Shown here: positions 10,314 to 20,602 of the stretch, in pieces
Layout: each line of letters opens with the position of its first letter
Numbering within the stretch: the stretch's first letter is position 1
Origin: an uncultured Actinomycetes bacterium
GTDB lineage: Bacteria; Actinomycetota; Thermoleophilia; UBA2241
Length of the DNA stretch: 64,000 nt
Assembly: GCA_963755025.1 (NCBI GenBank)
Contig: CAVWIH010000021.1
Location: 17,784-81,783, forward strand
Direction: 5' to 3'
Notes under the pieces: generated by a model
The model's input: the letters and a program-made list of their open reading frames with translations, nothing else
Told to the model about the DNA's origin: nothing
Database searches by the model: none
Translations under genes and position numbers: made by a program

Positions 10314-11546
10314 TTGATGACCGACGAGTTCGAGCGCGACCAGACAGGGCACGACAAGTCCGTCGACACCCAGGCGCCGCTGCCGGCGGTGCCGGCAGTC
10401 CCCGCGCCGCCCGACGTGAGCGACACGACGGGCGCTACCGGCGCCGCGGCGCCCGTCGCCGGACCGCTGACCGCGGCCGACAAGGCCCACATCGCCGAGA
10501 TCGTCGGCGGCGTCGACGTGACCGACTCGACCTCGGTCATCTCGTACGGCCTGCCGGCGCAGAGCCGCATCGCCACCTTCGCCGACTCGCTGCTGGGCGA
10601 CGTGCGCAACAAGGACGCCGGCGCCGGCGGCGAGGCCCTGAACGAGCTGCTCAAGAAGGTCCGCGAGCTCGACGTCGACGCCCTCCGCCCGTCGGGCAAG
10701 ACGCGCCTGCCGATCGTCGGGCGCTTCGGCAACGTCTTCAACCGCTTCGCCGCCAAATACCAGAAGGTGGCCGGCAGCATCGACCGCATCGTCGACGCAC
10801 TCGAACGCTCGCGCATGGTGCTGCTTAAAGACATCACCGTGCTCGACAAGATGTTCGAGCTCAACCTCGAGTACCTGAAGCAGCTCGACGTCTACATAGC
10901 GGCCGGCGAGCAGGTGCTCGAGGAGCTCAACACCAAGCGGCTGCCGGAGCTCGAAGTCGAGGCCCGCACCTCGGGCGACCCCATGGCCGCCCAGCGCCTG
11001 GCCGACTTTCAGCAGGCCGTCACCCGCTTCGAGCGGCGCCTCTACGACCTCAAGCTGACGCGCACGATCGCCGTGCAGACGGCGCCCCAGATCCGCCTGA
11101 TCCAGGGCTCCGACCACGACCTGGTCGAGAAGATCCAGAGCTCCATCCTGACCACCGTGCCGCTATGGAAGAACCAGATCGTCATCGCCATCAGCCTCTA
11201 CCGCCAGCAGAAGGCGCTCGAGCTCCAGCAGCAAGTGACCAAGACCACCAACGAGCTGCTCGCCAAGAACGCCGAGCTGCTGCGCGAGGGCCAGGCCAAG
11301 GTCGGTCGCGAGGTCGAACGCGGCGTGGTCGACGTCGAGACGCTGCGCAAGGTCAACTCCGACCTGATCGCCACGCTCGAAGAGACGATCCGCATTCAGG
11401 ACGAGGGCCGCCAGAAGCGCCTGCAGGCCGAGGGCGAGATCGTCCAGCTGCAGGGCGAGCTGCGCCACAAGCTGATCGAGCTGCGCAGCCAGGTGCCGCA
11501 GATCTCCCCGCCCGACGAGCCGCTCCTGCCCCGCGGCAACGACTAG
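10314..11546 (+). CDS. telA: Toxic anion (tellurite) resistance protein, TelA/YaaN family
   Basis: YGLPAQ, LDVYIAAGE, QTAPQIRLIQ, TTVPLWKNQ, TNELL, ERGVVD motifs. Confidence 0.9.
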   Translation: MMTDEFERDQTGHDKSVDTQAPLPAVPAVPAPPDVSDTTGATGAAAPVAGPLTAADKAHIAEIVGGVDVTDSTSVISYGLPAQSRIATFADSLLGDVRNKDAGAGGEALNELLKKVRELDVDALRPSGKTRLPIVGRFGNVFNRFAAKYQKVAGSIDRIVDALERSRMVLLKDITVLDKMFELNLEYLKQLDVYIAAGEQVLEELNTKRLPELEVEARTSGDPMAAQRLADFQQAVTRFERRLYDLKLTRTIAVQTAPQIRLIQGSDHDLVEKIQSSILTTVPLWKNQIVIAISLYRQQKALELQQQVTKTTNELLAKNAELLREGQAKVGREVERGVVDVETLRKVNSDLIATLEETIRIQDEGRQKRLQAEGEIVQLQGELRHKLIELRSQVPQISPPDEPLLPRGND

Positions 11547-11559
11547 GCCCGAGAGACCG

Positions 11560-13212
11560 CCTAGGCCGTCGTCGAGCGACCGCCGCGTCGACCGGTCGCC
11601 GGCCACGACGCGCAAGGTAGCCAGCGTCAGGTCGCGCGGGCCGTGGACCAGCACGCCGCGGCGCGCCGCCTCGGCCAGGTAAGCCACCGTCTCGCCCGAG
11701 ATCTCCTCGCCGGGGCCGAGCACGGGTATTCCGGGCGGGTAGGGCACGACCATCTCGGCGCTCACCCGACCGGCGCAGTCGGCCAGACTCACCACTTCCG
11801 CAGGGCCAAAGAAGGCGTCGCGCGGGCTGCAGACCTGACGCGTGAAGAGCGGCAATGGCGGTGACGCCGGACTTGCCGCTTCGTTGCCGCTCCTTCCGGC
11901 TGCTTCCGCGACACCCTGGGCGGCCGCCGTCCCGGCAGCGCCGCTGCTCTGACCCGCCGCCCCGGCCGCGCCTGCTGCGCCGCCACTCTGACGGCCCGCC
12001 TGCGCCGCGACGCCGGCGACCGCATCCACCAGCCGGTCGACCGTCGCCGAGCGAATCCCCGAACGTGATGTTGACGACCACGTTGTGGGGGTCGGCGGCC
12101 TCGACGGCGAGGGCGTGGTCGGTGCGCAGCCGGCGTTCGAGCTCGTAGCCCGAGAGGCCGAGTGTGGCGAGCGACAGCGTGAGGCGCACGGGGTCGAAGT
12201 CGGCCGCGCCAGGCTGCCGTGCGCCGCCAGCGCCGAGCACCGTGACGCCGGGGATGGCGCCCAGGCGCTCGCGGGCGCGAGTGGCGAGGCTCAGGGCTTC
12301 GCCCCAGAGAGCCTCGCCACTCGCCAGCATCTGCCGGCGGGCCGCGTCGATCGACACGTAGATGGGCGCCAGCGGGCTCGTCGTGCGCAGCATGGCGACC
12401 ATGCCGCGCAGCCGGTCGGGGTCGACACGGGCGCCGCGGGCGAGCACGATCGAGGCCTGCGACAGACCGGCCAGCAGCTTGTGCACGCTGATCACGGCGG
12501 CGTCGGCGTCGGCCGCCAGGGCGTCGGTCGGCAGCGCCGTCGAGAAGCGCAGGTGAGCCCCCCAGGCCTGGTCGACGACGAGCGGCAGGCCGGCGGCGTG
12601 CGCGGCGGCGGCCAGCCCCGCCACGTCGGCGCAGAAGCCGTTGTAGCTCGGCGAGGTGACGAAGACGGCGCGGGCCCGCGGGTGCTCTTCGATCGCGGCC
12701 GCGAAGCGCTCGAGCGGCACGTTCACGGCCACCTGCCAAGTGGGGTCGAAGGTGGGCTCGACGTAGACGGGCATGGCGCCCGAGAAGATCAGGCCGGCCA
12801 GCAGCGCCTTGTGGGCGTTGCGCGGCACGATGACCTCGTCGCCGGGACCGGCGACCGCCATGACCAGCGCTTGCAAGCCGCCGCTCGAGCCGTTGCCCAC
12901 GAAGAAGGAGTGATCGGCGCCCCAGGCGAGCGCCGCCAGCGCCTCGGCGCGCGCCAGCAGACCGCCCGACTCCTGGGTGTCGTCGAGGCCGTTGGCGATG
13001 CCCATGTCGGCCGACAGCAGACGCTCGCCAAGCGCGTCGACCAGGTCGGGCGGCGCGCCGGCGCCGAGCTTGTGGCCGGGCGTGTGGAAGGCCGCCATGC
13101 GCCGCTCACGGTAGGCGCGCAGCGCCTCGACGAGCGGCGCCTCGCTCTGATCGGGCTCCGCCACGCGGCCCTGGCCGGGCTCTGACACACCGCCTCGCTC
13201 TCGTCCTGACAC
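11560..13212 (-). CDS. Orn/Lys/Arg decarboxylase (PLP, fold type I), frameshifted; 3' end approximate
   Basis: FHTPGHK, PRNAHKA, VDQAWGAH, SVHKLL, TTSP; C-terminal VPYPPGIPVLGPGE in a second frame after ~12040. Confidence 0.85.
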
Positions 13213-13373
13213 GGCGACTCCTTTGCTCGACTGGAGTCTACCGGAGCTGCGGCGTCGGCGGTGCCTCGTGCCTGTGTGGGCGACGGAGCGCCCTGGACCG
13301 GGCGACGGAGCGGCAGCGGCGGCCGACGGCGGCGGCGGGGGCGGCGGCGGGCGGCGGCGGCGGCGGGGCCGTG

Positions 13374-13411
13374 CTTAACCTAGCTTCGGTCGTCCTTAAC
13401 ACAGCCTTAAA
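13374..13411. promoter_or_regulatory. CTTAAC direct repeats at 10-11 bp spacing, putative OmpR/PhoB-family regulator site
   Basis: CTTAAC 13374, CTT 13384, CTTAAC 13395, CTTAAA 13406. Confidence 0.45.
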
Positions 13412-13415
13412 CGAT

Positions 13416-13500
13416 GGGGGCGATACTCCTTATCGACCCCCCTCAAGGGCGACCCCAAGCCCTAGACGAGCCCCGTCCCCCGCGGGGCTCGTCCCTTTTT
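13416..13500 (+). ncRNA. Candidate small RNA with three C-rich-loop hairpins and its own terminator
   Basis: Hairpin loops CTCCT (13426-30), GACCCCAA (13451-58), TCCCCCG (13476-82); the last 11-bp stem is followed by CCTTTTT on the + strand, while both flanking genes are on -. Confidence 0.45.
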
Positions 13501-13516
13501 GGGGGTCGTTTCGTCG

Positions 13517-13990
13517 TCAGGCGCCGGCGGCGGCTTCGCCGGCCGGCTCGTCGAACAGGCTGAGCAGGTCGCCGTAGCCTTCTTCGGCCATGCGCTCCCG
13601 CGGCACGAACCGCAGCGCCGCGGAGTTCATGCAGTAGCGCTGCCCGGTCGGCTCGGGGCCGTCGCCGAAGACGTGGCCCAGGTGCGCGCCGCTGGCCACG
13701 CTGCGCGCCTCGGTGCGCGGCAGCACGAGCTTGAAGTCGCGCCGCGTCTCCACGGCGTCGGGCCGCAGCGGCCGGCTGAAGCTCGGCCAGCCCGTGCCGG
13801 AGTCGTACTTGTCGCGTGAGCTGAACAGCGGGGCGCCGGAGACCACGTCGACGTAGATGCCGTCGCGGTGCTCGTCCCAGTACTCGTTCTCGAACGCGGG
13901 CTCGGTGCCCTCAGCTTGCGTGACCTGGTATTGCAGCGGGGTCAGCCGGCGGCGCAGCTCGTCGTCGTCGGGCTTTTCGTAACGTGCCAT
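13517..13990 (-). CDS. msrB: Peptide methionine sulfoxide reductase MsrB
   Basis: [29 protein letters not shown]. Confidence 0.95.
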   Translation of the reverse strand: MARYEKPDDDELRRRLTPLQYQVTQAEGTEPAFENEYWDEHRDGIYVDVVSGAPLFSSRDKYDSGTGWPSFSRPLRPDAVETRRDFKLVLPRTEARSVASGAHLGHVFGDGPEPTGQRYCMNSAALRFVPRERMAEEGYGDLLSLFDEPAGEAAAGA

Positions 13991-14009
13991 CAGTCCTGTC
14001 ACCTCGTGG

Positions 14010-14279
14010 TCAGACGTAGATCTCGTCGATGTAGCACCAGCGCCAGTCCTCGCCCGGCTCGAACGAACGCACGATGGCGTGGCCGGTCTCTGCGGCGTGC
14101 CGGCTGGCGTGCTGGTTCTTCGACGAGTCGCAGCAGCCCACGTGACCGCAGATCAGACAGAGACGCAGGTGGACCCATGCGTCGCCTGTCTCGAGGCACT
14201 CCTTGCAGCCCCCGCCCGACGGCGCGACATCGCGGATCTGGTCCATGTGGGTGCACTTCGCCTCGTCGGGCGCGCTCAT
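14010..14279 (-). CDS. UBP-type zinc finger protein
   Basis: [35 protein letters not shown] pattern; AGGAGG RBS. Confidence 0.88.
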   Translation of the reverse strand: MSAPDEAKCTHMDQIRDVAPSGGGCKECLETGDAWVHLRLCLICGHVGCCDSSKNQHASRHAAETGHAIVRSFEPGEDWRWCYIDEIYV

Positions 14280-14388
14280 GGGGCCTCCTTGGTGGCTTGC
14301 CGGGGTCGTGCTGCGGGAACGCTCCAAGCGGTTCTACCCGGGAACGACCGAACTGATGGCCGGCCGGACATAAAGCGAGGAGGATCCG

Positions 14389-15306
14389 ATGGCGCAGCAG
14401 ACGACTTGGCCGGCTCTCGACTCCGATGCGTGCCGCGACACGATCGCCACCCTTCACCTGTACGCCCAGGTGATCGGCAAGGTGCAACTCGCCCTCTCGC
14501 CGTCGCAGGCCGAATGGGCCCAGGCGCCGCTGCGACTGACCGCGCGGGGCCTGTCGAGCCAGCTGCTGCAGACCGGCGCACGAAGCATGACGATCGCCTT
14601 CGACCTCACCGGCCACGAGCTGCGCTTCGACCTGAGCGACGGCGCGCAGCGGGCACTACCGCTCGAGCCGCGTACCGTCGCCGACTTCTACGGCGCCGTC
14701 ATGGCCGCCCTTCGCGAGCTCGGCGTCGAGGTGACGATCGACCCGGCGAGCGTGGAGACGACGACGCCGCTCTCGCTGGCGACCGACGCAGCGCACGCAA
14801 GTTACGACCACGCCTGCGTGGCCTCGCTCTTTCAGGCCTGGACCGCCATCGGCGCGGTCTTTGACCGGTTCCGCTCGGGCTTTCGCGGCAAGCAGAGCCC
14901 GGTCGACCTGTGGTGGGGCACGTTCGACCTGTCGGTCGCGCGCTTCTCGGGGCGCGCGGCCAGCCCACCGTTCGACCGCGACACGATCGAGCGGGTCGCG
15001 ATGGACGCCGAGCAGTCGCTCGTGGGCTTCTGGCCGGGCGACGAGGTCACGCCTGCGCCGGGGTTCTTTGCCTACACCCACCCCAAGCCGGCCGGCATCG
15101 AATCGGCCACCCTGGCCCCCGAGGGTGCGCTCTGGAGTCCCGAAGCAGGTGAGTTCATCGTACCCTACGCGGTCGTCGCTCTCGCCCCCGACCCGGCCCG
15201 CGCGCTGCTCGACTTCTGCGAATCCACCTATGCCGCCGGCGCCAGACTGGGAGGCTGGGACCGCGCGCTGCTCGAGCGTCCCTCGTCGATGGGCCGCGTC
15301 GCGTGA
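14389..15306 (+). CDS. DUF5996-like protein
   Basis: TLHLYAQVIGK, F.GK.SPV.LWWGTFDL, GFWPG, FFAYTHP, ESTY motifs. Confidence 0.75.
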   Translation: MAQQTTWPALDSDACRDTIATLHLYAQVIGKVQLALSPSQAEWAQAPLRLTARGLSSQLLQTGARSMTIAFDLTGHELRFDLSDGAQRALPLEPRTVADFYGAVMAALRELGVEVTIDPASVETTTPLSLATDAAHASYDHACVASLFQAWTAIGAVFDRFRSGFRGKQSPVDLWWGTFDLSVARFSGRAASPPFDRDTIERVAMDAEQSLVGFWPGDEVTPAPGFFAYTHPKPAGIESATLAPEGALWSPEAGEFIVPYAVVALAPDPARALLDFCESTYAAGARLGGWDRALLERPSSMGRVA

Positions 15307-15421
15307 GCCGACGCCGCCGTACCCCCCACGGCGTCGCGTGAGCGACGCGCCGCGCGCAGCGCTCGCCCGTGCGCAGCGCCGCGTGACCTGACGAAGGCCC
15401 CCGGGGCGCCACACCCCGTGG

Positions 15422-15452
15422 TTGACCCTGACGCTGCGGTAGGGTCTACCCT
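15422..15452 (+). promoter_or_regulatory. MerR-type promoter (19-bp spacer with dyad operator)
   Basis: TTGACC (15422-27), 19 bp, TACCCT (15447-52); ACCCT...AGGGT inverted repeat spanning the spacer. Confidence 0.8.
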
Positions 15453-15542
15453 CGAGTGCGCGCCAGAGCGTCGCCGCCGACAGCCTACGGCGACGGCCGG
15501 CGGCGGCGCTGTCGGCATTGACAGACCGACGCTTGGATGGGA

Positions 15543-16324
15543 ATGAGCAACAAACGCACGATCGGCGAGGTCGCAGCGCTAGGCTAGCCGGTGTCAGCGT
15601 GCGTACGCTGCGCCACTACGACGCGGTCGGGTTGCTGCCGCCGTCGACTCGCAGCGAGGCGGGCTACCGCCTCTACGCACCGGCCGACCTCGCGCGTCTC
15701 CAGCAGATCCTGTTCTTCCGCGAACTTGGCTTTGGCCTGCGCGAGATTCGCCGCATCATGACCGACCCGGGCTTCGACCAGCGGCGCGCCCTGGCGGCGC
15801 AGCGCACACTGCTCGCCGCCAGGGCGCGCCGCCTCGACGCCGTGCGCAGTGCGCTCGACGACGCCATCGAAGCACTCGAGAAAGGCACTGAGATGGATGC
15901 AGACGATCAGTTCGGAGCCTTCGGCGACTTCGAGCCTTCGCGCTACGACGACGAAGTCGAGCGCCGCTGGGGCGGCGCCGACGCCTACGCGGAGAGCGCG
16001 CGCCGCACGGCCGCCTACGGCAAGGCCGACTGGCAAGCCATCAAGACGGAGGCCGCCGAGATCACGGCGGCGTTCGTGGCGGCGCTCGATGCCGGGCGCG
16101 CCCCCGACGACCCCGCCGTGCAGGCGATCGTCGCCCGCCACTGGCGGCATCTCGCGCGCTGGTTCTACACCCCAACGGTCGAGGTGTACGCGGGCTTGGG
16201 CGACCTGTACGTCGACGATCCGCACTTCACGAAGAACATCGACAAGGCTCACGCCGGGCTGGCCGCCTACCAGCGCGCCGCCATGCGCGTCTACGCGCTC
16301 GGTGGGCCGGGCGGCATTGGGTAG
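15543..16324 (+). CDS. MerR-family regulator with TipAS antibiotic-recognition domain; 5-bp duplication frameshift near the start
   Basis: IGEVAALAGVSVRTLRHYD once GCTAG is de-duplicated; GYRLY; C-terminal EVERRWG...GLGDLYVDD.HF TipAS motifs. Confidence 0.85.
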
Positions 16325-16414
16325 TGCAGACCGACCGACGTGGCGACCAGGCGACGGCGATCAGGCGAGATCCATCGCGCCCCTCGCGGCGGCGCGAGCC
16401 GGCCGCTCTCGTGC

Positions 16415-16711
16415 TCAGCCGGCGACCAGGTCGGCGTAGTCGGGATGGCGCTTGATGTAGGCGGCGATGAAGGGGCAGCGGGGCACGACCGACAGGCCGC
16501 GGCTGCGCGCGTCGTCGAGGGCGAACCGGGCCAGGCGTGAGCCCAGCCCGCGACCCTCGAAGCGCGGCTCGACCTCGGCGTGGGGGATCGTCATGGTCTC
16601 GCCGCTAAGCACGTAGTCGGCAAAGCCCGCAAGCTCACCCGCCACGAAGAGCTCGTAGCGCGACTCCGCGCGGTTGTCGCGCACGACGACGTCGCGGTCG
16701 TCGGGCGTCAC
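16415..16711 (-). CDS. Small GNAT-family acetyltransferase (YjdJ-like)
   Basis: DN...RYEL, H.EV...EGRGLGS.L, VVP.CPFI..Y. Confidence 0.85.
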   Translation of the reverse strand: MTPDDRDVVVRDNRAESRYELFVAGELAGFADYVLSGETMTIPHAEVEPRFEGRGLGSRLARFALDDARSRGLSVVPRCPFIAAYIKRHPDYADLVAG

Positions 16712-17304
16712 GTGGCGACCTCGGCGGTCGGCCCGGCGATGGCGCTCAAGTCGCGGCGCAGCCGCTCGATCTGGTCGGCTTCGAGCCGGCCGCCGACCAG
16801 TCCCATGAGGCCCGAGACAAAGAGCGGCGCCGCCGACTCGAGTACGCTCGCGCCCCGGTCGGTGAGCCCCGCATAGACGACCCGGCGGTCGCTGGGGCAA
16901 GCCGCCCGCAGCACCAAGCCGCGCTCGGCCAGACGATCGACCAGGCGCGTGACCCCGCTCTTGGAGAGGCGCAACGACTCGCTCACGTCGATCATGCGCA
17001 GGCGCCCTTCGGGAGCGGCGGCGAGCACCATGAGCAGCTCGACCTCTTCGGGCGCCAGGCCCGGTCCCGCTTCGAGGCAGCGCGAGAGCCGGGAGCGCAC
17101 CCGGTCGGTCGCCCGGCTGAGCTCACCCCAGAGGGCGACGACCGCCCGCTCGCGTTCGGCCGTAGCGGCGTCGGCAGGGCCGTTCGTGGCGCCGCTCTTG
17201 AGCGTGCCGCTCTTGGGCGCGCCGCTCTTGGGCGCGCCGCTGTCGCGTGCGCCGGTCGGAGCGCCGAGCCGGGAGGTGACGATTTGATCGCTGTGGTCGT
17301 CCAT
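16708..17304 (-). CDS. MarR-family transcriptional regulator
   Basis: LSKSGVTRLVDRL...DRR...LT; N-terminal SGAPK repeats. Confidence 0.88.
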   Translation of the reverse strand: MDDHSDQIVTSRLGAPTGARDSGAPKSGAPKSGTLKSGATNGPADAATAERERAVVALWGELSRATDRVRSRLSRCLEAGPGLAPEEVELLMVLAAAPEGRLRMIDVSESLRLSKSGVTRLVDRLAERGLVLRAACPSDRRVVYAGLTDRGASVLESAAPLFVSGLMGLVGGRLEADQIERLRRDLSAIAGPTAEVAT

Positions 17305-17418
17305 AGACCCTTATGTACCCGTTTCGTGTGAGTCGGTACCGGTCAGAATACTACCGCATACAACTACCGTCGAGAGGCGAGCGGCAGCCGGCCGCCCATT
17401 CACCAGGAGGGACCCACC

Positions 17419-18051
17419 ATGAAGATCGCCATCATCGGAGCAGGCAACGTCGGCAAGGCGCTCGCCGGCTCATTCGTACGCGCGGGCCACGGCGTGACGC
17501 TGAGCGCGGCGCACGCCGACCACGCCCGCGCCGCCGCCGACGCGACCGGCGCACGGGCGGCGGCCTCCGCCCGCGACGCGGTAGCGGGCGCCGACGTCGT
17601 CGTGCTGGCCGTGCCCTACGGCGCCTTGCTCGCCGTAGTCGACGAGCTCGGCGACGCCCTCACGGGCAAGGTCGTCATCGACGCCACCAACCCGCTGCGC
17701 GACGACTACACGGGGCTCGCCCTCGAAGGCACCTCGGCGGCCGAGCAGGTGCAGTCGCACGCCAAGGGCGCCAAGGTCGTCAAGGCCTTCAACTCGGCCC
17801 TCGCCGCGCGCCAGGCCGAGCCGCGCGTCGCCGGCCTGCAGAGCGACGGCTTCGTGGCCGGCGACGACGCCCAGGCCAAAGCGACGGTGCTCGAGCTCGT
17901 GAGCTCGATCGGCTTCAACCCGATCGACGCCGGCGCCCTCGAAGTCGCGCGGGCGCTCGAGGGTCTCGCCCTGGTGAACATCCTGTTCCAGCTCCACAAC
18001 AACGGCAGCTGGCAGACCGCCTGGAAGCTGATCGGGGCGCCGACCGCCTGA
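17419..18051 (+). CDS. NADP oxidoreductase, F420-dependent family
   Basis: GAGNVG Rossmann motif, LAVPY, IDATNP, VVKAFN, DAG.L; divergent from MarR. Confidence 0.85.
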   Translation: MKIAIIGAGNVGKALAGSFVRAGHGVTLSAAHADHARAAADATGARAAASARDAVAGADVVVLAVPYGALLAVVDELGDALTGKVVIDATNPLRDDYTGLALEGTSAAEQVQSHAKGAKVVKAFNSALAARQAEPRVAGLQSDGFVAGDDAQAKATVLELVSSIGFNPIDAGALEVARALEGLALVNILFQLHNNGSWQTAWKLIGAPTA

Positions 18052-18092
18052 GGCGCCTCGGCCGTGGTCCGCGAAAGGGGCGGCCGCCGGCC

Positions 18093-18971
18093 CTACGCGA
18101 GCTCGCCGGGCCGGCGGCGCCGGCCGGCCACGGCTTGGGCGTGGTTGAGGGCCGCCACAAAAGCCACGCCGCCGAGCACGTTGCCGAGCAGCGTGGGCGC
18201 CATGAAGTGGCCGAGCCAGGTGACCCAACCGAGCTTTCCGGTGGTCACCAGGTACAGGGTCTCGACCGACCCGGCGATGATGTGGCTGAGGTTCGCCAAG
18301 CCCACGAGATAGGTCAGGATGATGATCACCACGACGCGCGACCCGGCCGCGACCGGCTGGAGCCAGACGACGGTGGCGATGATCCAGCCGGCAAACACGG
18401 CGCGCACCACCGTGCTCCAGAAATCGGGGCTCAGAGCGGCGACGCCGAGCTGCGCGAACTGTGTCTTGACCAGCGGCCCGTAGGCGTCGGTCGCGCCCAG
18501 GATCCAGGCGAAGGCCAGGGCGCCCAGCAGGTTGGTGGCGAGCACCACGACCCAGAACTCCAGCACGCGCGCAAGCGTCGCCGCCGTGCGCCGAGTAAGC
18601 AGCGGCAGCACGACCGTCACCGTGGTCTCGGTGAATAGCTGCTGGCGCCCCAGGATGACGATGAGGAAGCCCACCGGGTAGCCGAGCTTGATGACCAGCG
18701 GCGCCCAGGAGGTGGGGGGCAGGTAGGCGTTGAGCAGGCCCTCGGCGACGAGCGAGAAGCCCATCGACAGGCCGGCGGCGAGGCCCGAGAAGGCGACCGC
18801 CTCGAGCGGGCGCCGCAACTCCTCCTCGCCCTCCAGACGGATCGCCTCGTGCACGACGAGGGCGCTGACGGCGGCTCGCTTGCGGCCCTCGGCGAGCTCC
18901 TCGCTCGGTCCGCTGGGCGCGACCTCCACGGCCGGCTCGTCCGCGGGGTCGCTGTGCAACGGCGTAGCCAT
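18093..18971 (-). CDS. Formate/nitrite transporter family protein (YfdC-like)
   Basis: GEEELRRP, QQLFTE, HIIAGS, GNVLGG; six TM segments. Confidence 0.85.
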   Translation of the reverse strand: MATPLHSDPADEPAVEVAPSGPSEELAEGRKRAAVSALVVHEAIRLEGEEELRRPLEAVAFSGLAAGLSMGFSLVAEGLLNAYLPPTSWAPLVIKLGYPVGFLIVILGRQQLFTETTVTVVLPLLTRRTAATLARVLEFWVVVLATNLLGALAFAWILGATDAYGPLVKTQFAQLGVAALSPDFWSTVVRAVFAGWIIATVVWLQPVAAGSRVVVIIILTYLVGLANLSHIIAGSVETLYLVTTGKLGWVTWLGHFMAPTLLGNVLGGVAFVAALNHAQAVAGRRRRPGELA

Positions 18972-19183
18972 GCAGGCACGATTCCCGTAGCACGGCCCGG
19001 CCTTGCACGGCCGCCGTTGCCGCCACCCGGCCTCGTCCGCGTGCATCGCGCGCCGCGCGGCGCGACCCCGGCCTCGTCCGTGCTCATGGTCGGCGCTGCA
19101 TCGCCAGTTTCGCGCCGCCGGCTCGGTGGAAGTCGCACTTCAAGGGGGCGGCGTCGACCGCCCGGCCGGAAAGGGAGTGAGCC

Positions 19184-19990
19184 ATGGCGACACCGATGGA
19201 ACGACCGCTCAGAGCCTCTGTCGGCACCCAGCCACAGACACCGCGCCTGGTACGCGGCCTCACGATCGAACCCAGCCAGCGGCGCGTGCGGGCGTTCTTC
19301 GGCGGGGTGCCGGTGGTCGACAGCCGGCGCCCTCTCCTGGTCTTCGAGCCGGCGCGCCCGCCTATCTACTGGTTCCCCCGCAAAGACGTGCACGCCGACC
19401 TGCTGCAGTCCGCCGACCTCGACGGCGCCGCGCAGCCGCCGGTCGAGCGCTGGACGCTGCGGGTCGGCGACCGCATCGCCCAGCACGCCGCCTGGAGCTA
19501 CCCCAAGCCGCAGGGCGAGCACGCCGCCCTCAAAGACCACCTCGCCTTCGAGTGGAACAAGCTCGACGCCTGGTTCGAAGAAGACGACGAGGTCTTCGGC
19601 CACCCCCGCGACCCCTACCACCGCGTCGACGCCCTGCGCAGCTCGCGCCGGGTGCGGGTCGAGGTCGAGGGCCAGGTGGTCGCCGAGACCAGCCGCCCCT
19701 GCCTGCTGTTCGAGACCGGCCTGCCGGTGCGCTACTACATCCCCAAGCTCGACGTGCGCCTCGAGCTGCTCGAGCCCTCCGCCAGGACGACGCGCTGCCC
19801 CTACAAGGGCGTCGCCGTGTACTGGTCGCTGCGCGTCAACGGCCGGCTGTTCCCCGACCTCGTGTGGAGCTACCCGCAGCCGATCCCCGAGTGCCCCAAG
19901 ATCGAGGACCTGCTGTGCTTCTGGAACGAGCGCACCGACACCATCGTCGACGGCGAGCTCGAAGAACGCCCGGTCACGCCCTGGTCGTGA
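19184..19990 (+). CDS. Tandem DUF427 protein
   Basis: HPRDPYHRVD, ETGLPVRYYIP, CPYKG, WSY motifs. Confidence 0.85.
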   Translation: MATPMERPLRASVGTQPQTPRLVRGLTIEPSQRRVRAFFGGVPVVDSRRPLLVFEPARPPIYWFPRKDVHADLLQSADLDGAAQPPVERWTLRVGDRIAQHAAWSYPKPQGEHAALKDHLAFEWNKLDAWFEEDDEVFGHPRDPYHRVDALRSSRRVRVEVEGQVVAETSRPCLLFETGLPVRYYIPKLDVRLELLEPSARTTRCPYKGVAVYWSLRVNGRLFPDLVWSYPQPIPECPKIEDLLCFWNERTDTIVDGELEERPVTPWS

Positions 19991-20082
19991 TCAGGCGGCG
20001 CGGGGGGCGGCTGTAGCCTGGCAGGCCGGGCGCTGCCGCGGGGGCGAGGCGGTGATCAGGCCGGGCGCTGCGGCGGGGGCGA

Positions 20083-20544
20083 TCAGGCGGCGCTGGGCCG
20101 GCCGTGGCCGGCTCGCCATTCTTCATAGGGGGGCACCGGTTCGGCTACGGCCCACAGAAAGTAGTAGGCGCCGCTCTCGCCCAGGAACCTGAAGTCGCGC
20201 CGCAGCTCGGCCGCGGTCTCGTCGAACGCGCCGTGCGAGGCCAGGTAGCCCGCAAAGCCGCCCTGCCGGCGGTCGAGCTCGAGCATGACGGCCGCATTGT
20301 GGATGATGGCCTCGATCTTCTTGCGGTTGCGGATCACGGCCGGGTCGGCGGCCAGGCGGTCGACGTCGGCGGGCGTCAGGGCGGCGACGCTCTCGGGGTC
20401 GAAGTCGCGAAAGCGGGGCCGGATGCCGTCCCACTTGGCATCGACGACCCTCCAGCTCATGCCGGTCGCAAAGACGATGCGGCTCATCGTCTCGAGATAG
20501 CCGGCCAGCGATGCCGGCCGGGTCGCTTCGTGTGTCGGGCTCAT
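20083..20544 (-). CDS. DNA-3-methyladenine glycosylase I-like protein
   Basis: GMSWRVV..K, F.DFDP, VIRNRKKIEA..HNA, FRFLG. Confidence 0.75.
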   Translation of the reverse strand: MSPTHEATRPASLAGYLETMSRIVFATGMSWRVVDAKWDGIRPRFRDFDPESVAALTPADVDRLAADPAVIRNRKKIEAIIHNAAVMLELDRRQGGFAGYLASHGAFDETAAELRRDFRFLGESGAYYFLWAVAEPVPPYEEWRAGHGRPSAA

Positions 20545-20602
20545 CGCCTGCTCCTCGGTCGGAGAGTGGTGCGAGTCTCTGTTCCCGACTGTATTCCCGA
20601 CC

